64,000 nucleotides of DNA from an uncultured virus (IMG/VR IMGVR_UViG_3300023174_000161) (lineage: Duplodnaviria; Heunggongvirae; Uroviricota; Caudoviricetes), in the IMG/VR virus record IMGVR_UViG_3300023174_000161; one strand, written 5' to 3'. Both the position numbers and the translations under genes were made by a program. Positions within the stretch are counted from its first letter, which is position 1. Every line of letters begins with the position of its first letter. The notes below the pieces were generated by a model. It had not been told where the DNA came from. It searched no databases and saw only the letters and a program-made list of their open reading frames with translations. This document shows positions 19,701 to 28,165 of this stretch, piece by piece.

Positions 19701-22700
19701 ATCAAGCTTGGCGATTGCGGCTTCGAGTGACGCGGAAGTAGGATTAACTGTCTCGCCTTTGGAGTTTTCATCCGAAACAAATCCAACATAGAGGACGGGT
19801 TTCTTGCCACGCTTGATGGCATCTACTGCTCGTTTAGCGGCTGCGTCAACTTTATATTCTTCAAGCGCACGTTTCTGAGCTGCTGCCATTTTCCGCAAAG
19901 CCGAGATGTCCACGTTTTGTGTTCCACCATACATCGCCTTGATGTCCTCAAGCTGTTGCTTGATCTGGTTGTCGAGAGGAACATCTTGGAACTCTACATC
20001 TACTCCATCCAGTCTAAGTGAACGAGAGCGCATGATTCCGTTCTTCGCCATTCCGTCGAGGTAAGTTTCCAACCGATCCTGCATCTGGGTCTCGGTAACT
20101 CCTTCGGCCAACTGCCAATAGTATTTCTTTCCACCGCGAAGAGAATATTTTTGGAATCCAAGGCGGCTGAACAAAGCTTCGGGGGATTCATTGTCAAAGA
20201 TTCCAAGTCGACCAAGGGACAACAATTGGTCCGGAGTTTCGAACGGAGTGCCCGAAGCCATCAATGTGCGACCGGCTTTGTTGGCGATATCGTCCATCAA
20301 TATTGCCCACGACCGGGTCTTTCCTCCTTGAATAGCTTTGGATAAGTTACGGCCAGAGTGCTGTTCGTCTAAAAGAACTACAGTCTTGTCATCAATCAAC
20401 GGCAAAAGTTTTTCGAGATATCCTGAATTGTATGTAGTGACTAACATGCGACCCGGAACAAACTCAATTGGCAATCCCTTTCCGTTCTCACCTTTCCCAC
20501 CACGAACCGCCAACGGAACGCCAAGAATCGCTGCATCCTTCTGGATGGATCCTCCAATATCCCCGTAGTCCCAGTTCGGCGTAACGGCGTCAGGAGCTGT
20601 TATGTAAACAACCTTAAATCCTTTGTTGAGATAGTAGGCTCCAGTGCCAAGCAACACTCGCGTCTTTCCAGTTCCAGGTCCGTTCGCCAAGTAGAATGCC
20701 TTGTGCTTAGAGTTCTCGATTGTGGTGACAGCCGCGGCCACATCCTGTGTTTGCTCTTTGGACAGATTGGAAAGAACTTGTTGCCCCGCGGGAGCAAGAA
20801 TCTTTTCGTCGAAAGGTTTGCCTAGCTGGTTACGGGGCTCGACGAAGGACTTGGGGATTGGGGTGCCACGAGGGCGCTCAACTCCAGGTCTCCCGACTCC
20901 GGCTGGCGGACGCTCAGCAGGTCGTCCCATTTCTTTCCGCTCCGCGGGAACGGCTTTTTCAGGAACTCTCTTTGCGGTGGTAGCGCGCTTCGCTTCGAGC
21001 TCGGCGAGCTTTGCGCGAGCTTCCTCACGTCGATCAGCGGGCGTCTTGGCTTCAGGTCTTGGGGTTGGTAGTTGTTCTGGTTGTTCATAAGTTCCTTCCT
21101 CGTTGATGGTTAATCCGCTGTCGCGCAGGATTTGGTCACTGACGCGAAGCAGGTTTGACCGGAAAGCAGCCGCGATTTTGTTCTTGGCTTCTCCTTCCGG
21201 CATGGCTTCCGAAGCCAGATAAGGCTCGGCAAGTTTGTTTAATGTGGCGACATAGGCGTCGGCTTGTTTCTGTGAAATTGTTCCGTCCTCCGTAGATTGC
21301 CGAAGATTGGTATCAATGGCTTCGGTGAGTTCTGTGATGGAATCCGGGGTTAGTTTAGAAGCAGCTACGCTCTCAATAAAGTTATCAAATGATCTAAGTA
21401 AATCGCCCGAGCGGGACGATTGAACTTCGCCAAGCAAAGTCTTGGCGGCGACTAGTTCGGCATCATCAAAGAAATTATCCGCTTGTAACTTGCGGAACCG
21501 GTCAACATAAGGCTTGATCTGGTTGGCGGTAAGGTTACCCTCGCGCACAACTCCGGCTGGTTCTTCAACAGCGCGAACCGGTAGTGTCCCAGCTCGTTGA
21601 CTGTTTCGATAATTGTTTTCCAAGCCCTGAACAAACTTAGTTCTGACCGCGGGTTGAAGAGCGTTGATGTTATCAATTGTTGTTCCTATCTTGGCCGCTT
21701 CCGAAGCCACGTTCTTTACATCGCCAACCACGGCATCAAACGCCAGCTTTTCAGCATCCGTGGCCAAAGAGTTTCGGAAAGGTTGCTTAAAGTTTTCGGC
21801 AAGGATGGCGAGTGCTTCTTGTCGTTGAGCCGCGGAAGGAACTTCGGTTTGACCTTGCGTCTGAAAATCTGTTTCAGTCGCGTCGATCTGGTCGAGTGTC
21901 TCGTTGATTGCGCCGGCGACCGCTGGGTTAAGCCCTTGTTCTTCTGCCAGTGTCTCAGCATCCACAGCCTGAGTCCGAAGCCCGGGAGTTTCCATGCTAA
22001 CCGCCGCGCCAATTCCAACACCAGCCCGCATGCGGGGAACAGCCTGACGGATAAAATCCCGAAGACGGCTATTGAAAATAGTGCTTAAGGAAAGATTGCC
22101 TTTACCTTGACGCAGTTCATACAGGAACGAATTGATTGTTCCGTTTGAAACTTCGTCTGCAATGTTGTACTTCTGGTAGCCAGCCAACGACTTGCTCTGA
22201 AGGTAAGCATTCTTACGTTTGACGTAAGCCATCAAAGTTTCAGCTGGAGTCAGTACATTTCGGTTGTTTTCATCGATCGCGCCAAGACTCTGGAGCAGTT
22301 CAACAGTAGCCGCATTCTTCAAATTGAATACATCGCCCAAAGCATTTACATCATTCTCCCTAGAATCAGGAGCTAGCTTCTGAAACTTCTGATAAGATGC
22401 TTGTTCGGGATTATTGATAGCCAAGACAACATCAGGTCGAGCTTCCAGTTCTGGCGAAATCGCTCCGCTTTTAATTCCTGCATTTGTTTCCCGCTCAAAT
22501 TGCCCTACCAAACTTGCCACACTTTGCTCACCTCGGGTGCCACGCTCCATTTCGCCCTGGCCTTGCATGGCTTGTAACTTAGCAAGTTGTTCTTCGAGGG
22601 CCGGAGTTTCTTCCAAAGGAGATTGCCTAATCTTAATTTGCAAAGCTGCGATCTGGTCAGCAATCTTTTTAGCCTTGAACTCGGCGGGCCTTTCTTGGGC

Positions 22701-24974
22701 AACCAACTCCTGCTGTTGGGCAAGACGAGTTTCCAACGCAGTCTGAATCTCGCTAGGTCCCAGATGCTTTGAAGCAATGGCCTCAATCTCTGGGATTGAT
22801 CCAGCCGCGTCCAATAGATCGCTGATTTCATCAACTTGGTCTTGCGTGATCCCTGGTTTGTTCTCGATCTCTTGCAAGATTGCGTCCTTCTCATCTTGCA
22901 TGATCTCGGATGGATCTTCTTTGCCCAGCCAATTACCCTCGGCATCCTTGACTCCTAAAACCTGATACCGTGACCCGTCTTCACTGAGCTTTCCATAAAC
23001 GCGACCCTGACTTTCAAGCCAGTCAATCTTGGCCTGATTGTTTGGGGTAGAGGAAAGATCAACCGAGGTTCCTCCCTTTTGAAATACATTGACCAATTCG
23101 TTAAGGGCGCCAAGAGCTTCTTCATCAGTCTCGGGAACTCCGGCTTCTATGGTCGGAGGAACTCCCATTTGTGTTCGCGAAAGAATATCGTTAGCTTGCT
23201 GAGGAGTTAGCTTATTGATCTGTTCCTGCGTGTAATTCAATCCGCGCAACTTTTGCTCCATTGCGCGTGTGATCATCAAAGGAACACGAACCGCTCCTTC
23301 TAAATCAACTTGTGCCTGAGCTTCGGAAACCTTTTGCGAAAGCAGGGATTCCACAACCCCCTGCTTTGAATTGTTAATTGCTTCATCAGCCACAGCTGTG
23401 GTTTCGGGAGCCGTTCTTGGATCCAAGGAGGCGCGGACATTAACAGCGTCAAAAAGAGCTTGAGCTTCCGGGCTATTTAAAGATTCCCGAAGATCAACAA
23501 TCTGTTGCATTTTCTGATCTTCCGGAATCCTAGGATCGTTTTTAATTCCAGTAACAGTTTGACGCAAAGTATCTGCAAACTTGTCATTCGCCATTTGATT
23601 AAGTCTTGCTCTACGGCCAACAAATCCTTCGGCCAATACCATGCCAAGACCAATACCACCCGAAGCGGCGAGGCTTTGGGGAATCTGAGCAATGGGATCT
23701 TGCCCGCGGGCAATCGCGTCAATCACATCAGATGAAGTTTCTCCGAGGGTTGTTCCTATGACTTTAGCCGTTCCCTGAACAACCGGAGCAAATGCAGGAA
23801 GTTTGGTCTCAAGAGCTTTTGCAACCATGTGATTGGCTAAGGCATGATCGGCCACATCTTCCAATCGATTACCAGCTTCTTCAGAAAGGGCTAAGATACC
23901 AGCCTCACTCACAATCGAAGCTAACCTTTGTCCCACGCTCAAATTGCGTGGGTCTTGGTCGAGAGATTGGGAAGCTCCAACAACTGCGTAAGTTGCACCC
24001 TTGGACAAAGTCGTGGGAACTTTGATTGTCTGGCCTGCAATGTTTGCCGCTTTCCCAAGGAGACTTGTCGCTCCTGCGCCAACTGCCATGAACTGGCCCA
24101 AAGAACCAGTGGCCAATCCAGCCAAGGTAGATGGCATGTAATCTTTTTGAATTACATCGTTAATTCCATTGGTCAAAGCAGAACGACGAGCAACTTGATC
24201 GGGATTGTTTTCATCAACAATAATATCTCCGATAGAAACGAAAGGAACAAACGCGTCGCCGGATTGAATTGCAAAGTTTCTAAGTCCCGCGGTACCAAGT
24301 TTCTTTGTCTTATCGCTCTGAAGATCCTGATAATATTCCTGGGCTCTTGCCAGGTTCATTCCAACTTTCGGAGTATTCCACGCGCCACGACCAAACTCCA
24401 TTGCGGGAGCTTGATCCTTGGGGGCAATAGATTTCCCTGCTGCTAATTCATCGGAATACAGAGTGCCAAGTTCAAGGGCTTTTGCCGCTTGGGTGGAGTC
24501 TTTGATTGTTCCAATGTAATTGCGGGATGCCAAACTTTCCTGCATAGCTTTGGCGTCTTCATTGGTAATACCCAAACCTGACTGCAAATAAGATCCAATA
24601 ACTTTACCCACACGTCCAACTGCAATTTTGGTAAGGCCCAACCAGTCGTTGTTTTTCTCTGCGTCAAGTTTGGCCTGAGAGGTGGACGTAATGTAATCCT
24701 GTACATTTTTACTGGCATCTTGCCAAGACTGTGCGTTAAGGGGAAGTTTGCCTTCTTTAAAGCGGGTAGCTGTACCAAGTAAAAGATCGTTAGCTTTGGG
24801 GTTATCCCGAAGCTCCATCAGGTGGCTGGCCTGAGCCAACGCGGGTGAAGGTTGACTTAACAGGGAATCAAATTCATCGGGCTGTTGGGCTGGAGCTTGC
24901 CCAAGAATATCCCCGACAATACTGTCGATGCTACTAGGCAAACCAGCATCCAGAGGGGAAAGGGGATCTGCCAT
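13734..24974 (-). CDS. giant polyvalent internal virion protein (sigma-like module, Strawberry-notch-type SF2 helicase, HExxH peptidase)
   Basis: 3746 aa; YLANGPGTGKT, LLDEQH, ASGTP, GGTGIELDD, QLIYRVWR; LLHETIH; follows ejection-protein genes. Confidence 0.8.
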   Translation of the reverse strand: MADPLSPLDAGLPSSIDSIVGDILGQAPAQQPDEFDSLLSQPSPALAQASHLMELRDNPKANDLLLGTATRFKEGKLPLNAQSWQDASKNVQDYITSTSQAKLDAEKNNDWLGLTKIAVGRVGKVIGSYLQSGLGITNEDAKAMQESLASRNYIGTIKDSTQAAKALELGTLYSDELAAGKSIAPKDQAPAMEFGRGAWNTPKVGMNLARAQEYYQDLQSDKTKKLGTAGLRNFAIQSGDAFVPFVSIGDIIVDENNPDQVARRSALTNGINDVIQKDYMPSTLAGLATGSLGQFMAVGAGATSLLGKAANIAGQTIKVPTTLSKGATYAVVGASQSLDQDPRNLSVGQRLASIVSEAGILALSEEAGNRLEDVADHALANHMVAKALETKLPAFAPVVQGTAKVIGTTLGETSSDVIDAIARGQDPIAQIPQSLAASGGIGLGMVLAEGFVGRRARLNQMANDKFADTLRQTVTGIKNDPRIPEDQKMQQIVDLRESLNSPEAQALFDAVNVRASLDPRTAPETTAVADEAINNSKQGVVESLLSQKVSEAQAQVDLEGAVRVPLMITRAMEQKLRGLNYTQEQINKLTPQQANDILSRTQMGVPPTIEAGVPETDEEALGALNELVNVFQKGGTSVDLSSTPNNQAKIDWLESQGRVYGKLSEDGSRYQVLGVKDAEGNWLGKEDPSEIMQDEKDAILQEIENKPGITQDQVDEISDLLDAAGSIPEIEAIASKHLGPSEIQTALETRLAQQQELVAQERPAEFKAKKIADQIAALQIKIRQSPLEETPALEEQLAKLQAMQGQGEMERGTRGEQSVASLVGQFERETNAGIKSGAISPELEARPDVVLAINNPEQASYQKFQKLAPDSRENDVNALGDVFNLKNAATVELLQSLGAIDENNRNVLTPAETLMAYVKRKNAYLQSKSLAGYQKYNIADEVSNGTINSFLYELRQGKGNLSLSTIFNSRLRDFIRQAVPRMRAGVGIGAAVSMETPGLRTQAVDAETLAEEQGLNPAVAGAINETLDQIDATETDFQTQGQTEVPSAAQRQEALAILAENFKQPFRNSLATDAEKLAFDAVVGDVKNVASEAAKIGTTIDNINALQPAVRTKFVQGLENNYRNSQRAGTLPVRAVEEPAGVVREGNLTANQIKPYVDRFRKLQADNFFDDAELVAAKTLLGEVQSSRSGDLLRSFDNFIESVAASKLTPDSITELTEAIDTNLRQSTEDGTISQKQADAYVATLNKLAEPYLASEAMPEGEAKNKIAAAFRSNLLRVSDQILRDSGLTINEEGTYEQPEQLPTPRPEAKTPADRREEARAKLAELEAKRATTAKRVPEKAVPAERKEMGRPAERPPAGVGRPGVERPRGTPIPKSFVEPRNQLGKPFDEKILAPAGQQVLSNLSKEQTQDVAAAVTTIENSKHKAFYLANGPGTGKTRVLLGTGAYYLNKGFKVVYITAPDAVTPNWDYGDIGGSIQKDAAILGVPLAVRGGKGENGKGLPIEFVPGRMLVTTYNSGYLEKLLPLIDDKTVVLLDEQHSGRNLSKAIQGGKTRSWAILMDDIANKAGRTLMASGTPFETPDQLLSLGRLGIFDNESPEALFSRLGFQKYSLRGGKKYYWQLAEGVTETQMQDRLETYLDGMAKNGIMRSRSLRLDGVDVEFQDVPLDNQIKQQLEDIKAMYGGTQNVDISALRKMAAAQKRALEEYKVDAAAKRAVDAIKRGKKPVLYVGFVSDENSKGETVNPTSASLEAAIAKLDPTLKIARMYTGSEQTKEQAMASFNEGEADVLIATKEMGGTGIELDDKFGDESREMIILSPPISAIQAVQLIYRVWRVDSASRPSIVFLESQAEIDQNTIGRMRAKLRLLDATVGAGFEGLRAEEVVAPVKETNEATAEQQKFVDTELTSVLGANYKDNTVTFKDAKGQPRTYNVLVSPTAEHSVAAQPGTDNESDTIIINPEKLAVGKSRISAKDFKSYLTRVLLHETIHVETFRYYREMGLDPVEELTAIGEGMSQATRLGIARTYYSSEGSDITDSGVQGKILAMANDPYQVTAEGIELLTENALTGGITQQFTSVNPKDVARATNRLKDLIGQEPKSVLARLGVWFDSMATVVKRGLGLAPQATDRLAMRQSIEDSISNLRKTSKYFMDESKPGPVPAPEPGRSPTSPRPSNKFDSYDLRIYRMIENHLEGRTDGVFGVTAADDLFKTVDVNDWLDGLDVAARRGIITNQERNLFRAATKSVMDGGRASLPGIANKALEIAEGMEESGESLPVAAFVATTEPVNLTEPSEYGKYNVKIGFYPSYPTSAKTSAGAVANTVAKMFEDRNEIIFDGKTYTYNNRGALIAAIGRAGYDNYARRLVAAPAPEIRESQAVKNIVTKFADSLPEGKTKDKLLDAWYYMSVPREQQFEDARQYIGTYGFDNTLNAFLGGNIKSSLPLQGAIGFELAKGLGEKAKTDRFAREQLADVMLLLSKKYGTDPGRTVDLWNALGELSTNSEAMKMYVGKQIDSAIKGRLVAYKSEENEIASGLTDASRRAADKLTTSKKMQKTLDQLGKLVDLNKKGGTVSQIQAVLADYLASEDANKDGVEFLGADLTAAPEVGGGEADDIRLDPKQTRALGRIILELIQRSENPRETAASADEIKRLVMLVPALRDAKNQDNVRRKVELYFDASLTYALESYGAKALRAARAREAGAQGGEAGEVVAPPATRGEAIQRATQAKAKAAQEAPVIIPSDAPSKLAELAEASADALQKQAARLQQEPKVKDALEEFAARIRRLIAQRTKEMGGLQPAFEPEPKPTEAEVLKDRIAKYPNVQEFISNVRNSLRNNYKEEELIGLEPFIEEAFGRPFAVSSLKQAVRSLESIGGPQTNIRSLIRSSRGDIMDFENKMGALLTQNTNLDEAQKKEVLDFLRDGMTELIAEERKKELENIKKKFEKKKERKTRKMRSALDKLIEATNLGVLTDSEVFMQMRSQLGLPELTGAERNKLNKMIEDLPLYPVGMIRNRKISEMYQYIKLVSPQVWGELLVNYQTSNLLAGIGTIGINAWSATASNELNAAILGSMGFVKGMVGDKARSKAYIDAAKALNSAILIGEKPALKAAANIFFKGDYSAVQDALTQELGGVNIWEAIVSQAEAYRAKKPGAVKPELPVNILGQEYRIPLDSKFISSKYGALAPFIFFGRSMAAGDAINKISSKKMYEIAEATNIAIEKGLKSQEEIELEVARLLNQSPEARVRAEAKAAAEAEEFNLTPDQESLRVEEILEQGRPDEEEVKNLAEKAKTFAAQSTYTNNFEGWFGLLADGLTAMSSKAWPLRLVIKFLKTGSSLANEVLNFMPVTSTVRLYRGSAAMLKDTKYYRPPAVPGTVEHDLLVGKMTLGYILTGALIYGLKEAMSGEDDPYFMIHFKGPNDPAQREAFFAAGGKLRSIQVGRFKDGSPQFFSFEGFPVGISGPLILAGAIAESVRYDKRSKSEAILNGAITGGALAMYGIMDMAALSGIRQIMSLTSPGPGTKDAKGIMTNLTKTFGNVVGGLIPGYATLRDIEQVWNGFTGAPSARPYQNNFLSTFALSVPFASKVGKPDLDFLGGNVRTQLANTVPFVRRLTTSGVDSVSYDEGKRTPQAVHDKLISMFASNRFSLSWDAGTLKDFAMQELIAQKEANKEPITYDDFFQLRRELTTDEKYEWMQRAGPIIQQQLGARIPQLEKMTRAEFMTIVPMIVNPVKKAVLYQVLLEKNQEGILFPERK

Positions 24975-25008
24975 AAGCCAAACTATTCAAGCAGATTCCT
25001 GCCCGACG

Positions 25009-26604
25009 TCAACGAGTTTGTCCCTGAACCAGCTTTTCTTCAGTGTTTTGTCCAAGCCCCGGAAGAGTTCCTAATTGCTGCTTTAATTTGGCAACAACAT
25101 CTCTTACTGGTTGGCCCCGGTATAGGGCGTCAGGATTGGAATTGTACAAGGAAACAACATCCGCAATCTTCGACTTGGTTTCGGGAGAAAGCTGGACTTT
25201 CTGGGCTCCTGGAGCAGTGGGAATAGTAGCAGTACCGGGAGCTTGAACCATTTCAAATTTGCTGGGTGAAGTTACTCGAGGTTTAAGGCTCGCAGTTTTA
25301 TCTAATTCTTCTTTGCTTTGGCCGGTAATCGGGGCCATGCCAAGACCCTGGGTCATACGCATAAACGTGTCGGGTCGGTCCAAAAATCCAGGTTTCTGAA
25401 CATCGTCAACCCAACGTTTGTTGGCTTCTTTTACGATTTTTGTAAGTTTGCCAGTCTGCGGGTCAATTGCCCCATCATATCCCACTGATGGTGTAAGGTC
25501 GGGCGGGGCGAGCGGAAAATCTTTTACCGTTTCTCCGGTCCTAGGGTCAACCTGAGGGGCTCCAAGGTATTTATTTTGAGCCATTAAACGTTCGCCAATT
25601 CGAATGTTCTGAGCATCCATTGCCTTTAAAGTTTCAATTGATTCGGCCTTATTGGCCTCAAACATTAACCTTCGTTTTTTATTGATATATTCCTGAGAAG
25701 TTTTTGCCTGGTCATCCGCGTACTTAGGATCATTTTGCAAAGCATCCCATTGCTTTTGATAAGTTGACGAAAGCTGTCCTAAATTCGCTCTGTCTTCAAA
25801 AGCCCCCAAAGTTACAGCCAAATCTGATTTAAGATAATCATCGTGACGTTTCGCGACAGACTGGGTAACTGCGGATAAAGACTGAGCTAATTTTTCATCC
25901 CTATTACCAAGCTCTGAATACCGTTTAGTTACGTCATCAATTTTATTTCGCAAACCTTCAGGACTAAGTTCATCCACCTTGGTAAAATTAATCTCATTAA
26001 TTAGATCAATTGCCTGACCTTGTGTTTTAACGTTTACTCTATCCTGATCCAATTGCCGTTTGGTCGATACCAAAGCCATGGAGTTTTTATACACATCATT
26101 TCGTTGTTTGGAATTTAAAATGGACCCAGCCATTTTGTTAGTCCACTCAATAAGTTTAGTTGGGTCATCACTTTCTAAAGCGATTCTTCCCTCATCCTCT
26201 AAACGGCTAGCGGCCAAATCTTGTTCTCGCTCAACATTCTTTTGCTCAAGTGTGTTTAATTCTTTTAATTGATCCCATTTAAATTTACGTTCTTCCAGAT
26301 CACGGTTTAGTGCTTGCGTTTGAGCGGAAGCTCTTGCCCGGATTGTTTCGCTAGCGTTTTGAGCTTCGGCGGCAGAAATCCGCATGGCGTCATTTTGTAA
26401 TTGTTGATTTTGATTTGCTGCTTGCAGATTAAGCTGCGCATAAGACAACCCCAATCTGGTTTGTTCCAATTCTTTTTGTTGCGCCAATTGCTGTTGAAAC
26501 TGCTGATCTTGTTGGAACATTTTTTGTTTTTCCAAATAATTTTGACGCAAATCACCAATGATTCCGCGTACTTGATTTACATATTCTGGTGCTACTGGTG
26601 TCAT
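25009..26604 (-). CDS. putative internal virion (ejection) protein
   Basis: Q-rich coiled-coil, position between tail and giant protein. Confidence 0.55.
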   Translation of the reverse strand: MTPVAPEYVNQVRGIIGDLRQNYLEKQKMFQQDQQFQQQLAQQKELEQTRLGLSYAQLNLQAANQNQQLQNDAMRISAAEAQNASETIRARASAQTQALNRDLEERKFKWDQLKELNTLEQKNVEREQDLAASRLEDEGRIALESDDPTKLIEWTNKMAGSILNSKQRNDVYKNSMALVSTKRQLDQDRVNVKTQGQAIDLINEINFTKVDELSPEGLRNKIDDVTKRYSELGNRDEKLAQSLSAVTQSVAKRHDDYLKSDLAVTLGAFEDRANLGQLSSTYQKQWDALQNDPKYADDQAKTSQEYINKKRRLMFEANKAESIETLKAMDAQNIRIGERLMAQNKYLGAPQVDPRTGETVKDFPLAPPDLTPSVGYDGAIDPQTGKLTKIVKEANKRWVDDVQKPGFLDRPDTFMRMTQGLGMAPITGQSKEELDKTASLKPRVTSPSKFEMVQAPGTATIPTAPGAQKVQLSPETKSKIADVVSLYNSNPDALYRGQPVRDVVAKLKQQLGTLPGLGQNTEEKLVQGQTR

Positions 26605-26608
26605 AAAA

Positions 26609-28162
26609 TTATGCCATTACCTGGGGTCTATACGCTGAGCCTTGCTGTGATTGTTGGGCAATTTGAGATTCCAAATCTGCTTTTCTTTGATTGTACGCGG
26701 CCGTATCCGCAGCTAATTGATCGAAGTATCTAGCGTTAGCCGCTGGATTTCCTTTTGGGTTAAAAGAGGATGACATGGTTGGTCTTTGTAAAGCGGCTAA
26801 TTGAGCGGCAGCTCCTCCTCCAAGTGTACCTCCTCCAATTTGTTGTTGATACCCGGGAGGTGTGGGCCGGTTATCAAGTCGTTCTCCAGGTTTAAAGCCA
26901 ACATATTTCCCTGTTGTTATATCGAATTGTCCAGGCAACGCTTGACTTTGCCACGCGTTCAAAGCATTTGAGTTGGCAATTTGACTGTTGTATTGAGCTT
27001 GGTCAGTTAAAGCCGAAAAAACCTGACTAGGAGCCACCAATTTACTGGCCTCAAAATTGGCCCTGGCCATGGTTGACTGTTGTGCCATGTTCGCCATGTT
27101 ATTGTATATATCCGATGACTTTACATAAACAGCGTTAAAGATTGCGGTTGGATCAACGTGGTTATACTGGGCGATAGAACTGAAAATTGTAGCCGGATTT
27201 GTAATGAGCTGAGATGCAAATTCAGCCCCGCTAACCGGCATCATTTCGCGTCCAACTGTCGCAGCAAGTTTAGCAGTCTGATCCAGTAATCCAGCTCCAG
27301 CCGATTGGAGTTGTAAGCTAGTCAGCCCAAGATCACGAGCGACAATGTTGCGGCCAATCCCACCGCCGTACAAACCGGTGGCAAAACCTTTGGCAGCGGA
27401 ACTTCTGAAAATCTGATCGACCACATCTTGCGGGATTTTACCTGCGAGATAATTGGAAGTAATATCATTGGCCTTTTGCATGTTTTGCTTGTAGCCAGGC
27501 ATGGCTGAGTCAAACTGATCGATATACTTCTGGTTGAGAATACTGGCCATTTTTCCGGCTTGTTGACCTATCTTTGTGGGATCGTTAAGCTGGGCGGCAG
27601 CAGAAGCTGCCTGACTTGTCACTTCTCCGATTGACGGATTAATTCCGGCAATCATCGCTTTGATTTCGCCGGGAGAAAGATTTAATCTTTGAGCGGCTGC
27701 TTTTGCATCGGATGCTAATTTATCTTGATCGACAAAAAAGTTGGGGTTTACACCACTATTTACCTGGTTAAATACATTTCTAAAATTGCCCATTACACCG
27801 GACAAATCCACACCGTTTAAAGTCGGAGCCGAACCAAGAAAAAACTCTACAGGAGAAGCCTGGGCTGACTGGGCGGCTGCTTGGCCCACTGAAAACCCTT
27901 GATTATAATTAATCGGAGCTGCTCCAGAAATTTTACCCCAATTTGATTGGGCTTGCGCTGTGGGTTTTTTAGAATAACTGTTAAAAGTTTTTCCAGTCTC
28001 CGGGTCAAGATAACCCACAAAGTTTTTTTGCCCGTTTGAAGAAGTGCTGTATCGCTTTATCAAACCAGTTGCTGGGTCCTGAACTTGAGTTTCCGCATTT
28101 GTAGAAGCACCTAGAGGTTTTCCCCAACTGGATGGATTAAAAGATGATTCTAGTCCGGCCAT
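26609..28162 (-). CDS. putative internal virion (ejection) protein
   Basis: A/Q/G-rich; ARDLGLTSLQLQ..G motif; position. Confidence 0.55.
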   Translation of the reverse strand: MAGLESSFNPSSWGKPLGASTNAETQVQDPATGLIKRYSTSSNGQKNFVGYLDPETGKTFNSYSKKPTAQAQSNWGKISGAAPINYNQGFSVGQAAAQSAQASPVEFFLGSAPTLNGVDLSGVMGNFRNVFNQVNSGVNPNFFVDQDKLASDAKAAAQRLNLSPGEIKAMIAGINPSIGEVTSQAASAAAQLNDPTKIGQQAGKMASILNQKYIDQFDSAMPGYKQNMQKANDITSNYLAGKIPQDVVDQIFRSSAAKGFATGLYGGGIGRNIVARDLGLTSLQLQSAGAGLLDQTAKLAATVGREMMPVSGAEFASQLITNPATIFSSIAQYNHVDPTAIFNAVYVKSSDIYNNMANMAQQSTMARANFEASKLVAPSQVFSALTDQAQYNSQIANSNALNAWQSQALPGQFDITTGKYVGFKPGERLDNRPTPPGYQQQIGGGTLGGGAAAQLAALQRPTMSSSFNPKGNPAANARYFDQLAADTAAYNQRKADLESQIAQQSQQGSAYRPQVMA

Positions 28163-28165
28163 AAA

